From Bacteroidales bacterium (lineage in GTDB: Bacteria > Bacteroidota > Bacteroidia > Bacteroidales > UBA3663): a stretch of 64,000 bases of DNA. The notes below the pieces were generated by a model. It was not told the origin of the DNA. It did no database searches and saw nothing but the letters and a program-made list of their open reading frames with translations. Shown here piece by piece: positions 8,991-17,435 of the stretch. The stretch is from assembly GCA_045576355.1 (NCBI GenBank), contig JAZNGG010000038.1, positions 35,232 to 99,231 of the forward strand, written 5' to 3'. Each line of letters begins with the position of its first letter. Positions within the stretch are counted from its first letter, which is position 1. The translations under genes and the position numbers were made by a program.

Positions 8991-9689
8991 TTACTGCAAA
9001 CGGAATGTTACAGGAAGTACATATTTCACACGTACCGGTTTTCCTCTTTGCTTACCTGGTTTCCATTTAGGCATGCTATTTACAACGCGGATAGCCTCTT
9101 TACTTAATTCGTCAGCAGGACTGCGCATAACTTCAATGTTGGCAATACTACCATCTTTTTCTACGGTAAAAGAAAGTGTTACACGACCCTGAATACCATT
9201 TTCAGCAGCAAAAGCAGGATATTTCAAATTTTTACGAATATAAGCCATCAAGGCTGCTTCTCCTCCAGGGAACTCCGGATTTTGTTCTACAACGGTGAAG
9301 ATTTGGTTTCCTTCAGCTTCTTCTTCTTCAGAAGGTCCGGTTTCAGCGGTTAAGTCCATAACTTCTACTGTAGTGTTGTCATCATCTTCAGCACTTTGTA
9401 CTTCTACCTCTTCAATTTCTACGTCGTCTTCTACTACAGTAAGCTGTTCGATAACGTCAGGCATTGGCGGCGGCGGCGGCGGCGGCGGAGTATTGTTCTG
9501 AACTGTCATTACAATCTCTTCCTCTTCCTCGATCATTACATCACGCTGTCCAAGGTTGCTTCTACGCACCTCGGATGTAGTCCATTCAAATGCAATGAAA
9601 AGAATGGCGAGGACTCCTACGAGACCTGTAAGCACATAAATGCCTTTTCTGCTCTCGAGATCAACTTTAGGGTCTTTCTTGATTTCCAT
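8991..9689 (-). CDS. tonB: energy transducer TonB
   Basis: N-terminal TM, Glu-rich and PPPPPPPMP linker, and C-terminal TonB domain EFPGGEAALMAYIRKNLKYP...GIQGRVTLSFTVEKDGSI...KPVRVKYVLPVTF. Confidence 0.85.
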   Translation of the reverse strand: MEIKKDPKVDLESRKGIYVLTGLVGVLAILFIAFEWTTSEVRRSNLGQRDVMIEEEEEIVMTVQNNTPPPPPPPPMPDVIEQLTVVEDDVEIEEVEVQSAEDDDNTTVEVMDLTAETGPSEEEEAEGNQIFTVVEQNPEFPGGEAALMAYIRKNLKYPAFAAENGIQGRVTLSFTVEKDGSIANIEVMRSPADELSKEAIRVVNSMPKWKPGKQRGKPVRVKYVLPVTFRLQ

Positions 9690-9892
9690 TATACAAGATA
9701 CTTAGATTTTAGTTTTTAATTCTTCCACAAAAGTAATGCTTTTTTTTGTAAGGTGTAGTAATTTCTTCTATTTTTTTCCGATTAACATTAATTTTATTGT
9801 TTTTTTGGGTAAAAACAGGTACATTTGCATACAAAAATGACGCGAATTACGTTCTTTTTATGAATACTCTAAAAATAATTTCTAACAATCTA

Positions 9893-10870
9893 ATGAGAAG
9901 AATTGTTTGCTTTTTGGGGACGTGTTTGCTATTTACTATGTCGGTTTATACTCAAGAAGCCGGCAATTACGGCTATCTTAATATAACTAATTCTGCCCGA
10001 ATATCTGCTTTAGGAGGGGTTAATATATCTGTAGTTGAACCGGATTTAGAGCTTGCTGAGCAAAATCCTGCATTATTATGCCCGGAAATGGGAGATCAAT
10101 TTTCTTTAAGTTATTTGAATTATGCCTCAGATATTCAAATAGGGGCGGCAGCTTATTCATCTCCATTTCTAACGGAGGGTGCTTGGGCTGTATCTATGAA
10201 GTATGTTGATTATGGGACATTTGATGGTTATGATGAGAATGGTTTTTCTACAGGGACATTTTCTGCTAAAGATATGGCATTGAGTGCTGCTTTGGGTTAT
10301 CCTATAAATGAGCATTGGCGTTTTGGAGTTGCTGCCCGTTTCCTTTATTCGACTTATGAAAGTTATGATGCTTTGGCATTAAGTGTTGATCTTGGAATAA
10401 ATTATTATGATGAAGTGGCCGGACGTTCTTTTTCTATTACATTAAATCATTTAGGAGGACAACTTAAATCGTTTGAAGATTCTCATACCTCGCTACCTAC
10501 TCAACTGGTTTTAGGGGTGACAAAAGAGTTAGAGCATCTTCCTTTTTGTCTATCTTTTACAGCCTATGATTTACTTAATTGGGACACGGATTATATAGAA
10601 TCAGGAGGAAAGAAAACCTCTTTTAATAATGCCGAACAGATATTAAACCATATAATTTGGGGTGTTGAGTGGGTGCCGATGGAACGATTCTTTTTATCTG
10701 TTTCTTATAACTATCGTCGCCAACGTCAATTTTCTAATATGGGAGGTTTTTTAAGAGGCGTTTCTATGGGAGGGGGATTCCGAAGCCAACGGTTTAGTCT
10801 GCAATGTGCTTATACTCGCCATAACGCTGCAGATGGTTCTTTAACTATTAGCTGTGGTTATAGATTATAG
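9893..10870 (+). CDS. porQ: type IX secretion system protein PorQ
   Basis: Start moved to ATG 9893 (MRRIVCFLGTCLLFTMSVYTQEA signal peptide; alternative 9860). YGYLNITNSARISALGGVNISV...LSYLNYASDIQ matches the PorQ family. It is a beta-barrel-like protein located directly upstream of cmk, as I recall for Porphyromonas. Confidence 0.75.
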   Translation: MRRIVCFLGTCLLFTMSVYTQEAGNYGYLNITNSARISALGGVNISVVEPDLELAEQNPALLCPEMGDQFSLSYLNYASDIQIGAAAYSSPFLTEGAWAVSMKYVDYGTFDGYDENGFSTGTFSAKDMALSAALGYPINEHWRFGVAARFLYSTYESYDALALSVDLGINYYDEVAGRSFSITLNHLGGQLKSFEDSHTSLPTQLVLGVTKELEHLPFCLSFTAYDLLNWDTDYIESGGKKTSFNNAEQILNHIIWGVEWVPMERFFLSVSYNYRRQRQFSNMGGFLRGVSMGGGFRSQRFSLQCAYTRHNAADGSLTISCGYRL

Positions 10871-10930
10871 GCATGAATATACATAAGTTATATTATATAC
10901 AATAGTGAGAAACCAATAATTTAAGAAAAT

Positions 10931-11632
10931 ATGAGAAAGATAACAATTGCGATTGATGGTCATTCTTCTTGTGGTAAGAGTACTATGGCTCGTCACTTAG
11001 CTTCTGATTTGGGATATATATATATTGATAGTGGAGCTATGTACAGAGCAGTTACCCTTTTTGCCATTCGTGAGGGTATAATGAATGTCGAAACTAAAGA
11101 AATCGATAATTCTGCTTTACAACAAGCGATAAATGACCTTGAGATTACATTTGAAAAGGGCGAAAATGGCAAGGTAGTTACTTGTCTTAATGGGGAGAAT
11201 GTAGAAAAGGAGATAAGAGCGATGACGGTGTCTTCCTGTGTTAGCCCTATTGCTACATTGGGATTTGTTCGAACTCGTCTTGTCGCACTTCAGCAGGCTA
11301 TGGGGTCTGATGGTGGAATTGTCATGGATGGACGAGACATTGGCACTGTGGTATTTCCAAATGCTGAATTGAAGATTTTTGTTACAGCATCAGCTGAAGT
11401 ACGCGCACAGCGCCGTCTTTTAGAATTAAGAAGCAAGGGCGATGACGTTACGACATTCGAGAGTGTTTTAAGTAATGTTCAAGAGCGAGACTATATTGAT
11501 CAAAATCGTGCTGTGAGTCCTTTACGTCAAGCCGAAGATGCGATATTGCTGGATAACTCTACTTTGACGATAGATGAGCAAAATGCAATAGTCCGTCGTT
11601 GGGTAGAAGACTGTATTTTGAAGGACGAATAA
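10931..11632 (+). CDS. cmk: cytidylate kinase
   Basis: [14 protein letters not shown]-loop, YIDSGAMYR and [12 protein letters not shown]. Confidence 0.95.
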   Translation: MRKITIAIDGHSSCGKSTMARHLASDLGYIYIDSGAMYRAVTLFAIREGIMNVETKEIDNSALQQAINDLEITFEKGENGKVVTCLNGENVEKEIRAMTVSSCVSPIATLGFVRTRLVALQQAMGSDGGIVMDGRDIGTVVFPNAELKIFVTASAEVRAQRRLLELRSKGDDVTTFESVLSNVQERDYIDQNRAVSPLRQAEDAILLDNSTLTIDEQNAIVRRWVEDCILKDE

Positions 11633-11657
11633 TTGATCTAATAGCCAATGGTGGCCT

Positions 11658-12530
11658 ATGATAGTTAATGTAGATAGAGAGTCTGGTTTTTGTCCTGGGG
11701 TGGTAAGTGCTATAACAAAGGCAGAAAATCATCTCAAGACCCATGCTAAACTCTATTGCTTAGGAGATATTGTTCATAATAGTCAAGAAGTAGAGCGATT
11801 GCAGTCTCAAGGGCTTGTGACGATCGGTCACGATGAATTTGTTCATCTTCGTGATGCACATGTCCTTTTAAGGGCTCATGGAGAGCCACCTTCTACCTAT
11901 GTTCAAGCCAAAGATAATGGTATTCATATCATTGATGCCACGTGCCCGGTCGTGCTTCAGTTGCAGAAGAAAATACGACGCATGTTTGAAGAGTTGGGTT
12001 CAAATGCTCAGATTGTCATATATGGGAAACTGGGTCATGCAGAGGTGAATGGGTTAGTTGGCCAGACAGATGGAAGTGCAATTGTCGTGGAAGGAATCGA
12101 GGATTTGGATAATATTGATTTTTCAAAACCTGTGCGTCTTTTTTCACAAACCACCATGTCTGTCTCTTGCTTTAGACAATTGGCAACAACTATAAAAGAG
12201 CGAATGCATAATGTCGAGGATTTTTCGTTCTATGACACTATTTGTAGGCAGGTAGCTAACCGGATTCCCCATGTTAGGGATTTTGCTTCACATCATGATG
12301 TTGTTTTATTGGTAAGCGGGATGAAGAGTTCTAATGGTAAGGCTCTGTTTGGAGAGTGTCTTGCGGTCAATAAGCGCAGCTATTTTATCTCTCATCCTGA
12401 AGATGTTTTGCCTGAGATGTTGATCGGAGCTAATCGAGTTGGTATTTGTGGAGCAACATCTACACCTCGATGGCAGATGGAGCAAATTGGGGATTATGTC
12501 AATAAGTTGGTCAGCGAAGGAAAACATTAA
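11658..12530 (+). CDS. ispH: 4-hydroxy-3-methylbut-2-enyl diphosphate reductase
   Basis: GFCPGV, ATCPVV, IVHNSQEV and SSNG motifs with the three Cys ligands. Confidence 0.95.
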   Translation: MIVNVDRESGFCPGVVSAITKAENHLKTHAKLYCLGDIVHNSQEVERLQSQGLVTIGHDEFVHLRDAHVLLRAHGEPPSTYVQAKDNGIHIIDATCPVVLQLQKKIRRMFEELGSNAQIVIYGKLGHAEVNGLVGQTDGSAIVVEGIEDLDNIDFSKPVRLFSQTTMSVSCFRQLATTIKERMHNVEDFSFYDTICRQVANRIPHVRDFASHHDVVLLVSGMKSSNGKALFGECLAVNKRSYFISHPEDVLPEMLIGANRVGICGATSTPRWQMEQIGDYVNKLVSEGKH

Positions 12531-12614
12531 AGATGGTAATTAGGTATGTTGTTTGCAAATCTTGTTTATCTATATAAATAATGACGTTTAATATAAATTT
12601 GGGAGGAAAGCATT

Positions 12615-13592
12615 ATGTCAGAGATTAAAAGTGTAGGTATTTTAACATCCGGAGGAGATGCTCCTGGTATGAATGCTGCTATTCGTGCCATCACACGAAG
12701 TGCGATCTATGCAGGCCTTCGGGTTTTTGGCATTTATCGAGGGTATCATGGCCTTATTACAGATGAAGTAAAAGAGTTTCAGACACAGAATGTCAGTAAT
12801 ATCATTCATCAAGGGGGTACTATTTTAAAAACTGCTCGTAGTAAGGAGTTTCAGACTGCAGAGGGTCGTCGTCAAGCATATGAAGTTATGCAGAAACATG
12901 GGATTGACTCATTGTGTGTGATTGGAGGAGACGGATCTATTACCGGTGCCGGTATTTTTGCCAAAGAGTATAATATTCCAATAGTGGGACTTCCTGGGAC
13001 TATTGACAATGATCTTGCCGGCACAGATAGCACTATCGGCTATGATACTGCAATGAATACGATTATGCAATGTGTCGATAAAATTCGAGACACAGCATCT
13101 TCTCATGAGCGACTATTTTTCATCGAAGTTATGGGTCGAGATGCAGGTTTCCTTGCTCTTAATGGAGCTATAGCCACAGGTTGTGAGGATGTGATTATTC
13201 CGGAGTTTGCGACTAAATATGATCAGCTGAAGACTCTTATAGAAAATGGTTTTCGTAAATCTAAAAACTCTAGCATGGTCCTTGTCACAGAGAGTCCTAA
13301 TGGAGGTGCTATGGCCTTGGCCGAACGGATGAGAAAGGAATTTCCTGAGTATGAAGTTCGTGTTTCTATATTGGGCCATTTGCAACGTGGTGGTTCTCCC
13401 ACAGCATTTGATCGTATCTTGGCCAGTCGTACCGGTTATGCAGCTGTTGAGGCCCTCTTAGAGGGACAACGTAATTGTTTAATTGGTGTTCATAATGATC
13501 ATATAGTTAATATACCATTTTCAAAAGCAATTAAAAACGATAAGCCTATCGATCCGGAGTTGCTTACTGTATTGCGAGTGTTGTCCATTTAG
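12615..13592 (+). CDS. pfkA: ATP-dependent 6-phosphofructokinase
   Basis: [36 protein letters not shown] and LGHLQRGG. Confidence 0.95.
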   Translation: MSEIKSVGILTSGGDAPGMNAAIRAITRSAIYAGLRVFGIYRGYHGLITDEVKEFQTQNVSNIIHQGGTILKTARSKEFQTAEGRRQAYEVMQKHGIDSLCVIGGDGSITGAGIFAKEYNIPIVGLPGTIDNDLAGTDSTIGYDTAMNTIMQCVDKIRDTASSHERLFFIEVMGRDAGFLALNGAIATGCEDVIIPEFATKYDQLKTLIENGFRKSKNSSMVLVTESPNGGAMALAERMRKEFPEYEVRVSILGHLQRGGSPTAFDRILASRTGYAAVEALLEGQRNCLIGVHNDHIVNIPFSKAIKNDKPIDPELLTVLRVLSI

Positions 13593-13826
13593 AAACTGTC
13601 CACAAATTTTAACGGACACTAATGAGTTAATATTAAAGTCGATGAAATGGGGGGAGGCATTTGTCTTCTCCTTTTTTTTGTGTTTGTATTAACCTTCATC
13701 GGTCGGATTATTGGAGAAATAGACTCAATATTTTAATAAAATGTTGTAATATATATACTTATTATATACACTGATCATACCTTGACAAAGTAACGTAATA
13801 AAGGGGCGTAAACTGAGGTTTTTAAG

Positions 13827-13914
13827 CATCGCGATGGAGAAAAAACTACATCGCGATGAAATTTGATTTTCTACGCGATGTAATTCTAATTTCTACGCGA
13901 TGTGTATTTTTTTG
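13827..13914. repeat. four direct repeats in exact 22-bp register, core CGCGATG
   Basis: cgcgatg starts at 13830, 13852, 13874 and 13896. The units are catcgcgatg (twice, a perfect 10-bp palindrome) and ctacgcgatgt (twice), each followed by an A/T-rich spacer. Confidence 0.85.
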
Positions 13915-14088
13915 GTTTTTAGGGACATTTTTTACACTAAGTCGGGTGTTTACACACTAATCATGACAATCTAAAATTTCTGCATAAATATGCTTTGAAT
14001 ATACGTGCTGTGAGAAGGTAAATACGAAAGCAAAAGACAATGAGAGTAGAAATAGAGGAAAAAAGTTGCCTGTTTAGAAATAATTATC

Positions 14089-14096
14089 TACATTTG
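14089..14096 (+). promoter_or_regulatory. candidate Bacteroidetes -7 promoter box (TAnnTTTG)
   Basis: tacatttg at 14089-14096, upstream of the orphan gene. This is a motif match only. Confidence 0.3.
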
Positions 14097-14393
14097 CATC
14101 GGAGTTGTAAAATTATATTTATCCTAAAACCCGTAAGAGAATTATCCTTTTTTTTGAAGAAAAAGTCGTTTATTTAAAATTATTGTTTGATAAATTATTT
14201 ATATTCAATTAATTATATTTTTTGGTCTCTAAATAGATATTCCACTATAATAAGGATTAAGACTCTTATATATTCACTTTAAGTCCCTATAAAGAAGAAT
14301 TTGAACGCAGTGCGAAGAATATGGGTATTACTTATTGTACTAAAGAATTCCTATTTGAGAAAAAAGCGAAATTAGTTGATGATATCAGACGTT

Positions 14394-14786
14394 ATGCAGA
14401 TGACTAAACTTTTTTTGAATGTGTCGAATCACCCCTCTGTAAATTGGGCTGAAGAACAATTAAATGCCGCATTGCAATATGGAGAAATCGAGGATTTACC
14501 TTTTCCTAATGTCGATGAATTGGGTGATGAGGTTTGTATTGAAAAAATGGCAGATGATTTATTTTCTCAAATTATGGAAAAGTGTCATGGCCGAGAGTGT
14601 GTAGTGCACTTGATGGGAGAACTTACATTGACATTTGCCGTTTTAAAAAAACTACAAGCAGTTCATGTAGAATGTGTTGCTTCTACTACAAAAAGAATTG
14701 TAACGGAAAACTCTGTAGGAGAGAAGACCGTTATTTTCAAATTTGAACGCTTTAGAAAATACATGATGGAGGAGAATGAATCTTAA
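14394..14786 (+). CDS. orphan hypothetical protein (about 130 aa, predicted alpha/beta fold)
   Basis: ATG candidates at 14394 and 14400 (MQMTKLFLNVSNHPSVNWAEEQL...). No catalytic motif recognised. Alternating predicted strand/helix pattern (LFLNVSNHP, CVVHLMGE, VECVASTT). I have a faint and unverifiable recollection of small Csx16/Csx20-like proteins. Confidence 0.5.
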   Translation: MQMTKLFLNVSNHPSVNWAEEQLNAALQYGEIEDLPFPNVDELGDEVCIEKMADDLFSQIMEKCHGRECVVHLMGELTLTFAVLKKLQAVHVECVASTTKRIVTENSVGEKTVIFKFERFRKYMMEENES

Positions 14787-14939
14787 TTGTTATGCTTTGC
14801 AAAAAAGATTTACACTTTCTTATGTTTTGTGATAATATAGCTCGCTATACTCATTCAAAACACAAAAGAATTCTACTCAAAATAAGACAAGCATAATATA
14901 ATCTAAAGACAGATTTGGGTCAAATAATTGGATCAAAAG

Positions 14940-14970
14940 GAAAGAGTTCGGGGTAATGCCGAACTCTTTC
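14940..14970. terminator. hairpin between convergent orphan gene and recQ (likely bidirectional terminator)
   Basis: Perfect 12-bp stem gaaagagttcgg / ccgaactctttc with a 7-nt loop. On the minus strand it is followed by cttttgat. Confidence 0.55.
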
Positions 14971-15064
14971 TATAATTGGATCGTGTTTCATCCGTCTAAT
15001 TTGGGATCATTCCAGATCAAAGGAGATGGGTGTTTATAAGCATAGATATGAAAGACTAAGAAGT

Positions 15065-17254
15065 TTAATTACCCATTTCGGAAAGAAATTTTATGCGAAC
15101 AAGTCTAATTTCTTCCTCTTTATAATCCCTTCCGAGTTCTTTATATGCTTCATTAAGATCATCGTTTTCTTCCTCTTTAAAATAAAGGAATATATCGTCT
15201 ATAGCATCTTGATCCATTACTTCCTCCAAAAAATAATTGATATTAATACGTGTGCCGCTATTAACGATAGTTTCTATTTCATCAAGAAGTTCATCAAACT
15301 CTAATCTGTTAGCATCTGCAATATCATCAAGTGGAATTTTGCGATCAATGCCTTGGATGATAGAAACTTTAAGTTTACTTTTGTTTGCTACTACACGTAC
15401 TTTTAAATCCTCCGGACGGACGATTTCGTTTTCTTCACAGTGCCGTTTGATTAGTTTTATGAATTCTTCTCCATATCTTTTAGCTTTTCCTGCTCCGACA
15501 CCAGGTATGTTTTGGAGTTCTTCGATGGTAACAGGATAACTGGTTGCCATTGCTTCTAAGCTAGGGTCTTGGAAGATCACATATGGAGGTACATCCATTT
15601 TCTTTGCGATTTTCTTTCTTAGATCCTTAAGCATATTAAAAAGATTTTCATCAGCTGCAGCTGAAGCTACTCCACTTTTTGCTTCTTCTGCATCTAAATC
15701 ATCATCTTCATCGCTAATATGGCTGATAATTACTGGGAAATTTTTAGGATTTTTAAGATATTTGTTTCCTGCTGCAGTCACTTTAAGTACACCATAATTT
15801 TCAATATCTTTGCTGAGATATTTTGATATGAGAGCCTGTCTGATAACGGCATTCCAAGTGGATTCCGGTTCGTCAGTGCCGCTACCAAAAACTTCCAGTT
15901 CATCATGTTTATATGCAATAATCTCTTCATTTTTAATTCCCATGAGAACAGATATTACATAATCTTGTTTGAATTTCTCTTTAAGGACTATTACTGTTTC
16001 AAGTATAGCACAGAGTAATTCTTTGGCTTCAATACGTTTTTGAGGCCTTTTACAATTGTCGCAGTTATCGCAATTACTTTCTTTATAATCTTCGCCAAAG
16101 TAGTGCAGTAATAATTTGCGACGGCACATGCAAGTTTCAGCGTAGGCTTGGGTTTCGGCTAACAATAATTTCCCGATTTCCATCTCTGCCAACGGTTTCC
16201 CTTGCATGAATTTTTCTAATTTGGAAAGATCTTTATGGTTGTAAAATGCAATACATTGTCCTTCTCCGCCATCTCTTCCGGCACGACCTGTCTCTTGGTA
16301 ATAACCTTCGAGAGATTTGGGCATATCATAATGTATCACAAATCGGACATCCGGTTTATCGATTCCCATACCAAAAGCAATTGTCGCTACGATGATGTCA
16401 ACTTCCTCTTTGAGAAATGCATCTTGATTAGCATTTCTGTCAGACGAATCCATGCCCGCATGATAGGGGAGCGCTTTAATGTTATTGACTTTAAGTAATT
16501 CTGCTAATTCTTCAACTTTCTTTCTGCTTAAACAATAGATGATCCCGGATTTTCCCGGTTGTGATTTTATATATTTAATAATATCTTTGTCTATATCGTC
16601 GGTTTTGGGTCTTACTTCGTACATCAGGTTGGCACGATTAAATGAAGATTTATAAACTTTGGCTTTAAGTATGCCAAGATTCTTCATAATATCATGTTGT
16701 ACTTTTGGGGTAGCTGTTGCAGTAAGTGCTATAATAGGGCATTTTACTCCAATTTCATTGATAATAGGGCGTATCCTGCGATATTCCGGGCGAAAGTCAT
16801 GTCCCCATTCTGAAATACAATGAGCCTCATCAATGGCAAAGAATGAAATCTGAACAGAACGTAAAAAATCAATATTCTCTTGTTTTGTTAAAGATTCAGG
16901 AGCAACATAAAGAAGTTTCGTTTTTCCTGACGAGATGTCTTGGCGGACTTGATCAATGGCTCCTTTGGTAAGAGAGGAGTTTATGAAGTGAGCAACATTG
17001 TCTTCTTCACTAAAGTTTCGCATAGCATCTACTTGATTTTTCATCAAGGCAATAAGCGGAGAAATGACAATCGCACATCCTTCCATGATTAATGAGGGAA
17101 GTTGATAACATAAAGATTTACCTCCTCCAGTTGGCATCAAAACGAAAGTATCGTTGCCAGCTAAAAGATTTTGTATGATTTCTTTTTGATTGCCTTTGAA
17201 TTTATCAAATCCAAAATGTAATTTTAAACTGTCGTAAAGACTCTTGTCTGTCAT
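15065..17254 (-). CDS. recQ: ATP-dependent DNA helicase RecQ
   Basis: MPTGGGKSLCYQLP, FAIDEAHCISEWGHDFRPEY, a Zn-binding Cys cluster (CRRK...CDNCDNC) and a C-terminal HRDC-like region; 729 aa. Confidence 0.95.
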   Translation of the reverse strand: MTDKSLYDSLKLHFGFDKFKGNQKEIIQNLLAGNDTFVLMPTGGGKSLCYQLPSLIMEGCAIVISPLIALMKNQVDAMRNFSEEDNVAHFINSSLTKGAIDQVRQDISSGKTKLLYVAPESLTKQENIDFLRSVQISFFAIDEAHCISEWGHDFRPEYRRIRPIINEIGVKCPIIALTATATPKVQHDIMKNLGILKAKVYKSSFNRANLMYEVRPKTDDIDKDIIKYIKSQPGKSGIIYCLSRKKVEELAELLKVNNIKALPYHAGMDSSDRNANQDAFLKEEVDIIVATIAFGMGIDKPDVRFVIHYDMPKSLEGYYQETGRAGRDGGEGQCIAFYNHKDLSKLEKFMQGKPLAEMEIGKLLLAETQAYAETCMCRRKLLLHYFGEDYKESNCDNCDNCKRPQKRIEAKELLCAILETVIVLKEKFKQDYVISVLMGIKNEEIIAYKHDELEVFGSGTDEPESTWNAVIRQALISKYLSKDIENYGVLKVTAAGNKYLKNPKNFPVIISHISDEDDDLDAEEAKSGVASAAADENLFNMLKDLRKKIAKKMDVPPYVIFQDPSLEAMATSYPVTIEELQNIPGVGAGKAKRYGEEFIKLIKRHCEENEIVRPEDLKVRVVANKSKLKVSIIQGIDRKIPLDDIADANRLEFDELLDEIETIVNSGTRININYFLEEVMDQDAIDDIFLYFKEEENDDLNEAYKELGRDYKEEEIRLVRIKFLSEMGN

Positions 17255-17297
17255 ATATAATGAATTCTAATTCTAATGTTCTTTGAGATTGTATCAG

Positions 17298-17305
17298 CAA
17301 ATATA
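17298..17305 (-). promoter_or_regulatory. candidate -7 box (TATATTTG on minus strand) for recQ
   Basis: Plus-strand caaatata at 17298-17305, about 44 nt upstream of the recQ ATG. Motif match only. Confidence 0.3.
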
Positions 17306-17435
17306 TATACTTAATCTAATATCTTCAAAGGAAAATCTAAAAAAAAACTCATGAAAAAATAAAACTCCCTTTTTTTATAGAAAAAGAGAGCATTTTGATA
17401 GTTGAAAGAGGGTCGTGAATCGTAAAAAGAGAGAA

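Noticed and set aside
13827-13914. Possibility that the 22-bp repeat arrays (also 46764-46876) are CRISPR arrays
   Set aside because: The units abut one another with only short A/T-rich or partly conserved filler, so there are no unique spacers of CRISPR length. The whole period is 22 bp. No cas genes are in the window.
13593-14393. Possibility that this AT-rich gap with repeats is a replication origin (oriC)
   Set aside because: Only two weak partial DnaA-box-like words (ttatcctaa, ttatccttt) are present. There is no dnaA/dnaN neighbourhood and no cluster of consensus TTATCCACA boxes.
15026-15539. Plus-strand ORFs (92 aa and 100 aa) at the 3' end of recQ
   Set aside because: They are antisense to the RecQ C-terminal region. 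Their products are Ile/Phe/Ser-rich, and nothing supports them as genes.
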